41,520 nt of DNA from Deltaproteobacteria bacterium (GCA_019313725.1 JAFDAT010000001.1:1-41520); one strand, 5' to 3'; positions 8,034-17,511 are shown, numbered from the stretch's first letter. Numbers and translations are program-made. The notes: generated from the sequence alone by a model not told the origin.

Positions 8034-10052
8034 ATGCAGTCAAAGTCATCCATGGTCATTTTTCAACCATCGGGGCGGCGCGGCCGGGTTCCCCTGGGAA
8101 CTTCCATCGTGGAAACATCCCGTCTTCTGGGTGTGGACATCGAAGCACCCTGTGGTGAAAAACAGGTTTGCGGCAAGTGCAAGATTCGCATCGAACAGGG
8201 AAATTTTAAAAAATTCGGTATCACTTCCGAGCCCGGGCATGCCGGCCCCTGGCAGTCCGCAGAAGAAAAACACATCTCCCCCGAAGAAAAGGAACAGGGA
8301 TATCGTCTGGGATGTGTGGCCACCGTCCAGGGCGACCTGCTCATCTACGTCCCCGAAGCTTCGCGCGCCGGCAAGCAGGTCGTCAGCAAAGCAGCCCGAC
8401 CCATAAACATCACCATCGATCCCGCAGTGAAGCAGTACTACGTTGAACTGGAACCGCCCACACTCCAAGATCCGACCGGTAATTTCGAACGGCTCTGTGC
8501 TGCCCTGGAACACCAGCACCACCTCGAATCTTTGAGCATCGACATCACCGTACTGCGCGGGCTCCAAGCCACTTTAGAAGCCGGTGAATGGAAGGTCAGC
8601 GTTGCGGTCTGGCTGGACAGGGAAATCATCCATGTCCAGCCCGGATCAGGGACGGGAATATTCGGACTCGCCATCGACGTGGGCACCACCACCGTGGCCG
8701 CCTATCTGTGCGACCTGGTTTCCGGAGAGGTAGTCGACACCTTGTCCATGATGAACCCCCAGGTCAAGTATGGTGAAGACGTGGTCTCGCGAATCTCCTT
8801 CCACATGGAAAACCCGGATGGACTGAAACGCATGAGCACAGACCTCGTGGACGGTCTGAACAACCTGGTCATGCAAGCCTCAAAACGCGACTATACCCAT
8901 TCTGCCACATCTGGAAACAGCCCATCCGCAGAGGATGAAACGTTTCGTATCCAACCTGCCGACATTCTGGATGTCAGCATTGCCGGCAATACGGCCATGC
9001 ACCACATCCTGCTGCAGCTGGATCCCGAACCGCTGGGGGTGATTCCGTTCACACCGGATGTTCATCACAGTCTGGACATCACAGCCCGGGAACTCGGTCT
9101 GAAAATCAATCCCGCGGCCCGCGTATTCATGCTACCCATTGAAGCCGGCTTTGTGGGCGGCGACAACGTCGGCGTCATCCTGGCCGAAGAACCGCATCGG
9201 CAGGATCGTATACAACTGATCATCGACATCGGCACCAATGGTGAACTCGTACTGGGCAACAAGAACCGCCTGGTATGTTCATCCTGCGCCACGGGCCCGG
9301 CCCTGGAAGGTGCCCAGATCGAATTCGGCATGCGCGCAGCCCCCGGCGCCATCGAAAGGCTGACCATCGACCCCGAAACTAAAGCAGTCGACTACAAGGT
9401 CATCGGCAGGGATGTCTGGCAAAGCTTTTCCAAACCCGAGAAGATGCAGACCAAGGGCATCTGCGGGTCGGGCATTCTGGATGCGGTGGCCCAGCTCTTT
9501 CTGGCCGGTGTCGTTGAAAAAAGCGGTGCCTTCGCCAAGCAACAGGATTCAGACCGGTTTCGAATATGCCCTGAAACCGGTATAAAAGAATTTGTCCTGG
9601 CATGGGCCCAGGAAACCAGCATCGGCAAAGATATTGTCGTGACCCAGCAGGACATCCGCCATATCCAGCTGGCCAAAGCCTCCATCTATACGGGATGCAA
9701 ACTCATGATGCGCAGATTGGGGGTTGACCGGGTCGACAGCGTCAAGGTTGCGGGCGCTTTCGGTTCCCACATCGATTGCAAACTGGCGCTTGTGATCGGC
9801 ATGTTTCCCGATTGTGCCATCGACAAGATCGTCTCCGTGGGCAATGCCGCCGGGGACGGTTGCCGGATCGCCCTCCTAAACAGGGACAAGCGCCGGGAGG
9901 CGGATTGGGTGGCCCGGCACGTGGAGTACATGGAGTTGACCCTGGAAGAGAACTTCCAGTGGCAGCTCATGGAGGCGATCCAGTTCCCCCACATGACCGA
10001 CACGTTCGAACATCTGTCGGGTGTGGTGCCCGAACACATACTTAACCAATAA
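8034..10052 (+). CDS. ASKHA-family ATP-dependent reductive activator of corrinoid proteins (RACo/DUF4445 type) with an N-terminal 2Fe-2S domain
   Basis: CGEKQVCGKC...RLGC ferredoxin; AIDVGTTT, YGEDVVSRI, IDIGTNGE, SCATGPALEG, GICGSG and AGAFGS motifs; AGGAG RBS. Confidence 0.9.
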   Translation: MQSKSSMVIFQPSGRRGRVPLGTSIVETSRLLGVDIEAPCGEKQVCGKCKIRIEQGNFKKFGITSEPGHAGPWQSAEEKHISPEEKEQGYRLGCVATVQGDLLIYVPEASRAGKQVVSKAARPINITIDPAVKQYYVELEPPTLQDPTGNFERLCAALEHQHHLESLSIDITVLRGLQATLEAGEWKVSVAVWLDREIIHVQPGSGTGIFGLAIDVGTTTVAAYLCDLVSGEVVDTLSMMNPQVKYGEDVVSRISFHMENPDGLKRMSTDLVDGLNNLVMQASKRDYTHSATSGNSPSAEDETFRIQPADILDVSIAGNTAMHHILLQLDPEPLGVIPFTPDVHHSLDITARELGLKINPAARVFMLPIEAGFVGGDNVGVILAEEPHRQDRIQLIIDIGTNGELVLGNKNRLVCSSCATGPALEGAQIEFGMRAAPGAIERLTIDPETKAVDYKVIGRDVWQSFSKPEKMQTKGICGSGILDAVAQLFLAGVVEKSGAFAKQQDSDRFRICPETGIKEFVLAWAQETSIGKDIVVTQQDIRHIQLAKASIYTGCKLMMRRLGVDRVDSVKVAGAFGSHIDCKLALVIGMFPDCAIDKIVSVGNAAGDGCRIALLNRDKRREADWVARHVEYMELTLEENFQWQLMEAIQFPHMTDTFEHLSGVVPEHILNQ

Positions 10053-10100
10053 AAGGCGATGTAATTCTATGATTACAACGGGTTAACAGTGAATCACGCC

Positions 10101-10598
10101 TTATTCCACTTTGGTAAATGCTCTTGATTTTGCATTGCAGATAGGACAGGATTCAGGGGCTTCATTTTCCACCGTATTGCCGCACACAGAACATACGTAG
10201 TAACAATCAACATCCCGAGACCTATCAATATTATCCAATGCTTTCTGATATAATTCTGCATGGATTTTTTCAACTTAGTTAGCAAAACGAAAGCTGCGTT
10301 CAGCCACTTTATCTTCGTCTGCAATCGCCGTTTCTATCATTTTGGGATACATATTTTCAAATTCATATGTTTCACCGGTAATGGCTGCCTTCAAGTTATT
10401 CACAGTGTCCCCGACACCATTACAAGCCTTTAAGTGTGCATGGGCATGTACGGTCTCGGCTTCTGCAGCGGCTCTAAATAACATGGCAATCTTTACAAAT
10501 CCTTCGCTATCCGCTTTTTTGGCAAACGCCAGATATTTTCTATTGGCTTGAGACTCTCCAGCAAAGGCATCCATCAAATTTTCTTTAGTATCGCTCAT
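10101..10598 (-). pseudogene. rbr: Rubrerythrin with a premature in-frame TAA at 10275-10277
   Basis: AFAGESQA...AEAETVHA...GETYE; the frame continues after the TAA as VEKIHAELYQKAL...YVCSVCGNTVENEAPESCPICNAK (rubredoxin-like domain) to a stop at 10101. Confidence 0.85.
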
Positions 10599-10611
10599 AT
10601 TTACCTTCCAT

Positions 10612-11058
10612 TCATGAGGCCAGTTTTTCGCAAAGCCCTTTTGCATATTGATGACACGCTTGCATACCCGCATCTGTTTCCATTAATGCTTCGGTCAGGT
10701 TCAACGGCCCCAGATCGACAACATCCATTTTATATACATGCTGCATGGTTTCGAAAACCATGGGAGCCGCCTCACCACTATGGGTATGGGATCCGAACGC
10801 ACCGCCAATCTTCCCTAAAAGGTTCGCTTGTTCAGCTACAAAAAGGAATTGTTTCATACCCCCGGTCATATCTTTATGATATGTGGGACACCCAAAAAGA
10901 TAACCATCGAATCCTGACAGCTGCTCCGCCTTTTTCAACGTAGCTATCTTTTCAACGTGGGCTTCATTTCCTGCCATTCTAACGCCTTCAGCTAAATAGT
11001 TTGCCATTTTTTCAGTGGTACCCGCTCTGCTAATGAATGCAATCAATACTTTTTTCAT
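10612..11058 (-). CDS. Flavodoxin-like protein
   Basis: SRAGTTEKMA FMN-phosphate loop, FGCPTY and GGAFGS; GAGGGGAG RBS. Confidence 0.88.
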   Translation of the reverse strand: MKKVLIAFISRAGTTEKMANYLAEGVRMAGNEAHVEKIATLKKAEQLSGFDGYLFGCPTYHKDMTGGMKQFLFVAEQANLLGKIGGAFGSHTHSGEAAPMVFETMQHVYKMDVVDLGPLNLTEALMETDAGMQACHQYAKGLCEKLAS

Positions 11059-11170
11059 ACGCTCCCCCTCATAAAATTTTTAGTTACAACGTTAATATGA
11101 TGCTGAACAACTTCTGGGTTCTCTTCCAACAGTGCGATCTGTACGGAAATCATCTTTTTCTCACTGTAAT

Positions 11171-11186
11171 AGCAACAGGCATGCCA
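11171..11186 (-). promoter_or_regulatory. Putative sigma54 (-24/-12) promoter for flavodoxin-rubrerythrin
   Basis: Minus strand reads TGGCAT-GCCTG-TTGCT, matching TGGCAC-N5-TTGC, about 110 bp upstream of the flavodoxin start. Confidence 0.65.
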
Positions 11187-11384
11187 AAACCTATGACCAC
11201 TATAACTACTTAAAATTTTAGAATATATTATAATTTCGTATGTCTCATTAACCTTTAAGCGAGACAAATTCGTATCGTGTATGATCTTTGTGACACATAC
11301 CCAACAAGAGTGTTGAGTAAACGCCAACATTGGGGTTAACATGGGGTTGAGACAGGACTGAGCATATGTTATTATGCCTGCATT

Positions 11385-12110
11385 ATGAAAGAGATACTGG
11401 TGCTTGGAGATGTTCACGCGAATTATCCCGCCTTGAAAGCTATCGGCGACTACCTTCAGATGGACCGGTTCAACCGGATAATCAACACCGGTGACCTCAC
11501 CGTTTACAGCACCTTTCCCAACGAAAGCATCCAATGGTTTAGGAACCTCGGCGACAAAGCGATCTGTATATTGGGCAATACCGATAAACGAATTTTAAAA
11601 ATCCTGAAAGGCAAAAAATTAAAAAAACCGAAAAAAAAGGACAAGCAGGTCATGTATTTCTGGACATCTGAAAACTTGTCCCAGGAAAACATCGCCTACT
11701 TAAAATCACTATCCAAAAAGAGTGATTTTAACATTGATGGGTTACGCATCGGTCTATTCCACGGCAGCTTAGACGATCCAAACGCCCAGTTGTTCCCCTC
11801 CACCCCGGACAGTCGATTCATCAAGCTGGCAAAAAATTCCCCCTATGGTGTACATATCATGGGACATTCGCATGTTCCTTTTTATAAAGTCATCGTGGGG
11901 GTACATTTCATCAACCCGGGCAGTGTGGGAAGAATGTTTGACGGGGATCCGCGGGCATCCTTTGCCATTCTTAAAGTGAGTTCAAGAAAAATCGGCGTGG
12001 AACATTTTCGCATACCCTACCCGGTAACAGATGTAATCAAGGGGTTGAAAAAATATAAATTACCTGATATCTATTGCAGAATGTTTCAAGCCGGAAAAAA
12101 GCTAAACTAG
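11385..12110 (+). CDS. Metallophosphoesterase (calcineurin-like, YfcE family)
   Basis: GDVHAN, GDL, GNTD, FHGS, GHSH and NPGSVG motifs. Confidence 0.9.
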   Translation: MKEILVLGDVHANYPALKAIGDYLQMDRFNRIINTGDLTVYSTFPNESIQWFRNLGDKAICILGNTDKRILKILKGKKLKKPKKKDKQVMYFWTSENLSQENIAYLKSLSKKSDFNIDGLRIGLFHGSLDDPNAQLFPSTPDSRFIKLAKNSPYGVHIMGHSHVPFYKVIVGVHFINPGSVGRMFDGDPRASFAILKVSSRKIGVEHFRIPYPVTDVIKGLKKYKLPDIYCRMFQAGKKLN

Positions 12111-12202
12111 CGTTCCCAACCTACATTCTCTATTACTGCTCCAGCTTTTGATAACAAGTCGTTCATAACGCGTAACGCTGCGCATACATGGCGGGCTACT
12201 AT

Positions 12203-12240
12203 ACCCTAAGGTTGCTTAAACAACATGGCAACGTATAGAT
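12203..12240. repeat. Solo copy of the ~40-bp terminal-repeat motif of the element at 24914-25072
   Basis: accctaaggttgcttaaacaacatggcaacgtatagat versus accctatggttgcataaacaacatggcaaataatagat. Confidence 0.7.
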
Positions 12241-12325
12241 AATTCACGGATTTTATCTCGGATCCCGCCAGGGTAATTTCAAAAGAATCGGGATTTTCAT
12301 ATCATCTTAAAGAAACGGGGGGAAA

Positions 12326-13327
12326 ATGAGTAAAAAGAATACACACAAAGCAAAATCCAAAGAGGCAAACAACAAGGCAAAAAAAAAGGCGCCCCTAAAG
12401 AACAATGTCATCAAGCTGGAAAAGACGTCCAAAAAAAAGGCCAAAAAAAAAGATAAAAAGATAAAAATGAAATTATCAGAGCACACGGCCTATAAAAATA
12501 AAGAGAAAGAAAAAGCAAAGAAACGAAAGGCTGTTTGGGTAAAAGAATTTACCCTGTATTACGAGGAGGAACTCCACAAACTCCAGATCGAACTATTAAA
12601 ATTGCAGCGGCAGGTAAGGCGCAAAGGGCTGCGGTTTTTAATGCTGTTTGAAGGACGCGATGCCGCCGGTAAAGGCGGCACGATCAAAAGAATTACAGAA
12701 CATCTGAATCCTCGCGGTACACGCGTCGTGGCGCTGCTTACACCAAGCGACACGGAGAAGACGCAATGGTATTTTCAGAGATACATGCAGCATCTTCCCT
12801 CGGCCGGTGAGATTGTACTGTTCGATCGCAGCTGGTACAACCGGGCCATGGTTGAACCGGTTATGGATTTCTGCACCGATGAACAAAACAAACGTTTTTT
12901 AAAAGATGTCCCTATGTTGGAAGAGATGTTGGTGAAGGATGGCATCAAACTGTTCAAATTCTTTTTTTCAGTTTCAAAGGATGAACAACTTCGCAGATTT
13001 GACTCCAGAGAAACAGACCCCCTGAAGCAGTATAAGATTTCCCCCGTTGATAAAATGGCCCAGGAAATGTGGGACGATTATACCGTCAGAAAGTTCCAGA
13101 TGTTGAATGAAACCAACCGAACCCTCTCCCCCTGGACCATCATTCGGTCCGACAATAAAAAATTGGCCCGTTTGAACTGCATCAAACATTTGTTGTCCCA
13201 AATCGATTATAAAGATAAAATTCCGCTGGAAGAACTCCAGACCGATCCAAATGTTCTTATTTCAGGTATCGATGAAATTAGATTCATGGAAGATAATCTG
13301 TTGACACAAATCGAACTGCCTGGGTAA
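12326..13327 (+). CDS. ppk2: Polyphosphate kinase 2 with a Lys-rich N-terminal extension
   Basis: FEGRDAAGKGGTIKR (Walker A), FDRSWYNR (Walker B) and DPLKQYKISPVD lid. Confidence 0.95.
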   Translation: MSKKNTHKAKSKEANNKAKKKAPLKNNVIKLEKTSKKKAKKKDKKIKMKLSEHTAYKNKEKEKAKKRKAVWVKEFTLYYEEELHKLQIELLKLQRQVRRKGLRFLMLFEGRDAAGKGGTIKRITEHLNPRGTRVVALLTPSDTEKTQWYFQRYMQHLPSAGEIVLFDRSWYNRAMVEPVMDFCTDEQNKRFLKDVPMLEEMLVKDGIKLFKFFFSVSKDEQLRRFDSRETDPLKQYKISPVDKMAQEMWDDYTVRKFQMLNETNRTLSPWTIIRSDNKKLARLNCIKHLLSQIDYKDKIPLEELQTDPNVLISGIDEIRFMEDNLLTQIELPG

Positions 13328-13393
13328 CCGATAATGTTCAGAAGCGTTGGCAAGTTTACAATATCTCTCAACCTATATACAAAGGAGGAGAAG

Positions 13394-13687
13394 ATGCCAG
13401 TTCAAGTAATCATCAAAAGAAAATTGATCATTGATAAGCCGAAAGAGATTTTTCCGCTTTTTTCAAAATTGCGTTCACGAGCGAAGGAACAGCCGGGTTA
13501 CATCGACAGCACAACGTTGAGAAGTGTTGATAATCCAGAAGCGTACATGGTCATCAGCACATGGGAAACGGCGGATGACTGGAAATCATGGTTCCAAAGC
13601 AAAGAACGGAGAGAAATTCAAGGTCGCGTGGATTCACTGATTGGAGAAAGGACCTTTTACACCATCTATGAAACCGTGAACCATTGA
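13394..13687 (+). CDS. Antibiotic biosynthesis monooxygenase (ABM) family protein
   Basis: QPGYI...YMVISTWETADDWKSW pattern; AAGGAGG RBS before ATG 13394. Confidence 0.8.
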   Translation: MPVQVIIKRKLIIDKPKEIFPLFSKLRSRAKEQPGYIDSTTLRSVDNPEAYMVISTWETADDWKSWFQSKERREIQGRVDSLIGERTFYTIYETVNH

Positions 13688-13728
13688 TACATTGGCGTAA
13701 AGATTATCAAGAAAGGTGTTAAATACCT

Positions 13729-14103
13729 ATGCACGTTAAACAACTATTAGAATCCAAGGGAAGTGAGGTATATACGATCTCTCCCGATGAAACGGTTTAC
13801 CAAGCCTTGCAGGTAATGGCTAAAAAAGAGATCGGTGTCCTGGTTGTCGTTGAAAACGCCAAAATGGTAGGGATTCTTTCCGAGCGGGACTATGCCCGCA
13901 AAGTGATCCTCAAAGGGAAGCACTCCCAAAAAACCCTGGTGAAAGAAATCATGACAACCCATGTGATTCACACAAACCCGGATCAAAAGGTGCAAACAAG
14001 TCTGGCATTGATGACCAAAAATCGTTTTCGCCATTTGCCGGTACTGAAAGATGATCAGTTGGTCGGCATCATTTCCATCGAAGACGTGCGACGCATGGTT
14101 TAA
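13729..14103 (+). CDS. CBS domain pair protein
   Basis: VGILSERDY, VKEIMT and FRHLPV...VGIISIED motifs. Confidence 0.9.
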   Translation: MHVKQLLESKGSEVYTISPDETVYQALQVMAKKEIGVLVVVENAKMVGILSERDYARKVILKGKHSQKTLVKEIMTTHVIHTNPDQKVQTSLALMTKNRFRHLPVLKDDQLVGIISIEDVRRMV

Positions 14104-14129
14104 TTTCCCCCATAGGGGTGATTATTGAC

Positions 14130-15926
14130 TCATGCGGCATCCAAAGCCTTTTTCTCTTCCAATTCAACGACTGTTTTAGCCATGTGTTTGCTGTGATCAT
14201 ATATCCTTTTCAGCTTTTCAATGATCTCCATCTCTATACTATAGGCCTCAAATTTACCTGAATCCTCGGAGACAAGCCTTTGGGTCTGATGCAAATTGGC
14301 CTGTTCGATAAGACGGTTCATATCGGCCTTCATAGAAACGACTCGCTTTGCATAAGCTTGGTCTTCTTCCACGACAGCTCTCAAAGCGGCTTTCAGCGCA
14401 TCGGCAACCACCACATGGAGTGTAAGTAAAACCTTCTGGGTGGCTTCACTTATCTTTACCCCTTTCTTGCGCCGTTGTTCTCCAATATTCACCATATTCA
14501 CTTCTATTACATCTCCGATACATTCCAGATCGTTGACAGTACCCATGAGTTTCAGCATTTTTTGGTTTTGGTAATCATTGAGTTTGAGCTTGCTGACGTT
14601 CCCCAGATAATTGACAATGTGTTTGTATAAAACATCGACCTCTTCATCCATATCCCGAACCGCCATCAAAGCTTCCTTATTACCCGTCATTACGGCCGGC
14701 ATCATGGCAACATGCATTAAGTCAACCCGCTTTCCCATCCGTTTGATTTCATACCGTGCCGCATCCAGCGCCAGACTGGGTGTATGAAACAACATTTCGT
14801 TCAGATATTTGGGCTGGAGCTCTTCGACTTCGGGAAGGGGTTTGTCTGGAACCAGGCGATACACGATCCTGGCAAAATAAGAAATAAACGGAAGAAAAAC
14901 AAGGGCACAGGTGACATTAAATATCGTGTGGGCATTGGCGACCTGCCTCGGCAATACAGAAGCGGCAGCCTGAAGGCCGGTAAGCCCTTCTCCTGCTGAT
15001 GGAGAAATGGCAACAACAAGCTTAACAAACGGGCCGATAAAGGGTAAAAACAGGAGTACGCCCGTAACGTTAAATAACACATGTACGACCGAAACCCGGA
15101 CCGCCTCACGGGGTTTGCCGATGGAGGCCAGAAATGCCGTCACACAAGTTCCGATATTTGCACCGAATGACAATGCGATGCCAGCCTGCAAGGAGATCAA
15201 TCCCTGCATGGCCAATACAAGGATGACCCCTGTAGTAGCAGAACTGGATTGAATCAAGGCGGTAAAAAGAGCTGCCACAAGGATGCCCAAAATCGGGTTG
15301 GACATCTGGGTCATCAGGTCAAGAAAAGGCTGGTAGCTCCTCAAAGGGCGCATAGCATCACTCATCACGCCCATGCCAAAAAAGATCATTCCCAGGCCCA
15401 TGATCATATATCCGTATTGTTGTATCTTTTCCTTTTTGGATATAAACAGAAGTCCGAAACCCACCGCCACCAGCAACAATGCATACTTGGTAACTTTAAA
15501 CGCTACAATTTGAGCCGTGATGGTGGTACCGATGTTTGATCCCATAACAATACCAATGGTTTGTGAAAGCGACATCAAACCTGCACTTACAAAACCGACC
15601 AGCATAACGGTGGTTACCGAACTGGACTGAATCACCGCCGTTACGATGGCGCCGGTGATCAATCCCATGATGCGGTTGCTCGACAACATGCCCAGAATGT
15701 CTTTCATTTTTTCACCGGCCACATTCTTCAAAGCATCGCTCATTCTTTCCATCCCGTAGAGGAACAAAGACAGGCCGCCCAACAATCCGATTCCTAAGAA
15801 AAACCAACTGGGGTTACCATTTTCCGCTGCACTTCCTGCTTGGACAACCATAGGTGAGAATAAAAAATATATGCACAATCCGATTAAACCCAGTTCCAGC
15901 ATGCGGCGAGAATATATTGGTTTCAT
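14130..15926 (-). CDS. Na+/Pi cotransporter family protein with C-terminal PhoU-like domain
   Basis: Two QSSS repeats with GSNIGTT/GANIGT; hydrophobic core; helical C-terminal region (DLECIGD, LKRIYDH); AGGAGG RBS before MKPIY. Confidence 0.92.
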   Translation of the reverse strand: MKPIYSRRMLELGLIGLCIYFLFSPMVVQAGSAAENGNPSWFFLGIGLLGGLSLFLYGMERMSDALKNVAGEKMKDILGMLSSNRIMGLITGAIVTAVIQSSSVTTVMLVGFVSAGLMSLSQTIGIVMGSNIGTTITAQIVAFKVTKYALLLVAVGFGLLFISKKEKIQQYGYMIMGLGMIFFGMGVMSDAMRPLRSYQPFLDLMTQMSNPILGILVAALFTALIQSSSATTGVILVLAMQGLISLQAGIALSFGANIGTCVTAFLASIGKPREAVRVSVVHVLFNVTGVLLFLPFIGPFVKLVVAISPSAGEGLTGLQAAASVLPRQVANAHTIFNVTCALVFLPFISYFARIVYRLVPDKPLPEVEELQPKYLNEMLFHTPSLALDAARYEIKRMGKRVDLMHVAMMPAVMTGNKEALMAVRDMDEEVDVLYKHIVNYLGNVSKLKLNDYQNQKMLKLMGTVNDLECIGDVIEVNMVNIGEQRRKKGVKISEATQKVLLTLHVVVADALKAALRAVVEEDQAYAKRVVSMKADMNRLIEQANLHQTQRLVSEDSGKFEAYSIEMEIIEKLKRIYDHSKHMAKTVVELEEKKALDAA

Positions 15927-15986
15927 ATAGTACCTCCTGAACAAACCCCATAGTTGCAACGATAGGGTAATATCGTATGGCCTGCT

Positions 15987-16466
15987 TTACGTTTTCTTGG
16001 ATGGTTTGATGACGATTACAGGAATGGGAGATAATCGCACCAGTCGTTCCGCTTTTGAGCCTATCAATACATGCGACAATCCGGTCCGTCCATGACTTCC
16101 AACGATAATCATGCTGACCTGTTTTTTTTCCCCAATTTCTATGATTCTCGTCACCGGTGTCCCTGAAACCAAAAGGGGTACGGCTTGCTGTATTGGCGTC
16201 TGGTCGGGGCAGGTTTTTTTCATCTTTTGTAGAAACTCCTCCATCATCTCATGGGCAGCCTCTTCCATACTCCGAAGGAACATTTCCTTTTGCATTTTCT
16301 GATTGTAAAAACCCGGCGCTTCAGCAGGATCATGGATAACATGTAGCACTAAAATCTGGGCCTGAAGTTTATTGGCCAGCTTACCGGCAAAGATCAGCGC
16401 TTCTTCCGAAAACAATGTAAAATCGACCGCAACCAATAAAGTTTCTTTTTCCTTTTTTGGGGCCAT
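15987..16466 (-). CDS. Universal stress protein (UspA family)
   Basis: LLVAVDF...VLHV and MIIVGSHGRTGLSHVLIGSKAERLVRLSPIPV; AGGAGG RBS. Confidence 0.92.
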   Translation of the reverse strand: MAPKKEKETLLVAVDFTLFSEEALIFAGKLANKLQAQILVLHVIHDPAEAPGFYNQKMQKEMFLRSMEEAAHEMMEEFLQKMKKTCPDQTPIQQAVPLLVSGTPVTRIIEIGEKKQVSMIIVGSHGRTGLSHVLIGSKAERLVRLSPIPVIVIKPSKKT

Positions 16467-16479
16467 ATGCATTCCTCCT

Positions 16480-16520
16480 AAAAAACAAGGCAATCCAACT
16501 TTATAGACTGGATTGCCTTG
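16480..16520 (-). terminator. Intrinsic terminator between the Lys-rich gene and usp
   Basis: 12-bp stem CAAGGCAATCCA/TGGATTGCCTTG followed by a T-run on the minus strand. Confidence 0.7.
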
Positions 16521-16542
16521 ACCGTCTTTGCAACATTGGGGG

Positions 16543-17001
16543 CTATTTCTTCCCTTTCTTCTTTGCTTTCTTTGGTTTTGCTTTCTTGGCCTTTGCTTTC
16601 TTTGGTTTTGCTTTCTTGGCCTTTTCTTTCTTTGGTTTTTCCTTCTTGGCCTTTGCCTTCTTGGCTTTCTCCTTCTTGGCTTTCTCTTTCTTGGCCTTGG
16701 CCTTCTTGGCTTTCTCTTTCTTGGCCTTGGCCTTCTTGGCTTTCTCTTTCTTGGCCTTGGCCTTCTTGGCTTTCTCTTTCTTGGCTTTCTCTTTCTTGGC
16801 CTTCTCTTTCTTGGCCTTCTCTTTCTTGGCCTTCTCCTTCTTGGCCTTCTCTTTCTTGGCCTTCTCCTTCTCGGCCTTTTCTTTCTCGTTCTTCTTCTCA
16901 GGCGCTTTCTTTTCGCCTTCTGCGGTTTTCGTCCCCGCATCGTCAGCTTTTACCTTGACCTCTTCCTCGACTTTTTTCTGATCCTCTTTTTCATTTACCA
17001 T
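16543..17001 (-). CDS. Highly basic low-complexity protein with about 19-20 KK[EA]K[AP] pentapeptide repeats (histone H1-like composition)
   Basis: GAGGAGG RBS; 15-bp tandem repeats with synonymous third-position variation in this frame; co-oriented within the operon. Confidence 0.8.
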   Translation of the reverse strand: MVNEKEDQKKVEEEVKVKADDAGTKTAEGEKKAPEKKNEKEKAEKEKAKKEKAKKEKAKKEKAKKEKAKKEKAKKEKAKKAKAKKEKAKKAKAKKEKAKKAKAKKEKAKKEKAKKAKAKKEKPKKEKAKKAKPKKAKAKKAKPKKAKKKGKK

Positions 17002-17016
17002 CTTGTCCTCCTCTTG

Positions 17017-17511
17017 TTATCCATGTTTTTTGGGGAATTCAAAATTTTTCAATTTCCCGGGGTTTTCATCAATCCCTGACCATGAAGTGATCTCCAAGAC
17101 AACACAACAGACCCCGCTGGTGGGTATGTTACTGATCGGGTAATTGCCGATGGTGTTGGCGAGTTGAGTTAATGCCGGATTATGGCCGATTAACATGACT
17201 TTATTTACCTGATCCTCTATGTTCTTTAAAAGATGCATCAGGTTCATCTCACTTGATTCGTAGATCGATTCAACGTATCGAATCCCCTCAAGAGGATAGC
17301 CGATCTCATGTGCTAAAATCCTGGCAGTCATTGCAGCCCGCGTTGCCGGGCTTGAGATGATGAGGTCCGGGTCAACGCTCAGTTCATGAATAATTTTTCC
17401 CATGAACGGTGCATTCTTGCGACCACGTTTATTCAATGGCCGTTCAAAATCATCTAATTTAGGATATTTCCAACTGGATTTGGCATGTCTAACCAGACAG
17501 AGTTCTTTCAT
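17017..17511 (-). CDS. sixA: SixA-like histidine phosphatase
   Basis: LVRHAKS, DFERPLNKRG, SSPATRA and IGHNP motifs. Confidence 0.9.
   Translation of the reverse strand: MKELCLVRHAKSSWKYPKLDDFERPLNKRGRKNAPFMGKIIHELSVDPDLIISSPATRAAMTARILAHEIGYPLEGIRYVESIYESSEMNLMHLLKNIEDQVNKVMLIGHNPALTQLANTIGNYPISNIPTSGVCCVVLEITSWSGIDENPGKLKNFEFPKKHG

Noticed and set aside
10275..10277. Stop-codon recoding in rubrerythrin
   Set aside because: The codon is TAA, not TAG or TGA, and TAA ends many genes in this window.
10094..10324. 76-aa ORF as a separate gene or frameshifted rubrerythrin tail
   Set aside because: The true rubrerythrin C-terminus continues in the original frame after the TAA.
11055..11534. 159-aa minus-strand ORF
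   Set aside because: Overlaps the metallophosphoesterase start and a promoter region; no recognisable motifs.
16457..17079. Alternative-frame ORFs over the 15-bp repeat (Arg-rich extension of USP; FLAFS, LSWP and LGLLF repeats)
   Set aside because: These are by-products of a stop-free repeat. RBSs support separate Lys-rich and USP genes with a terminator between them.
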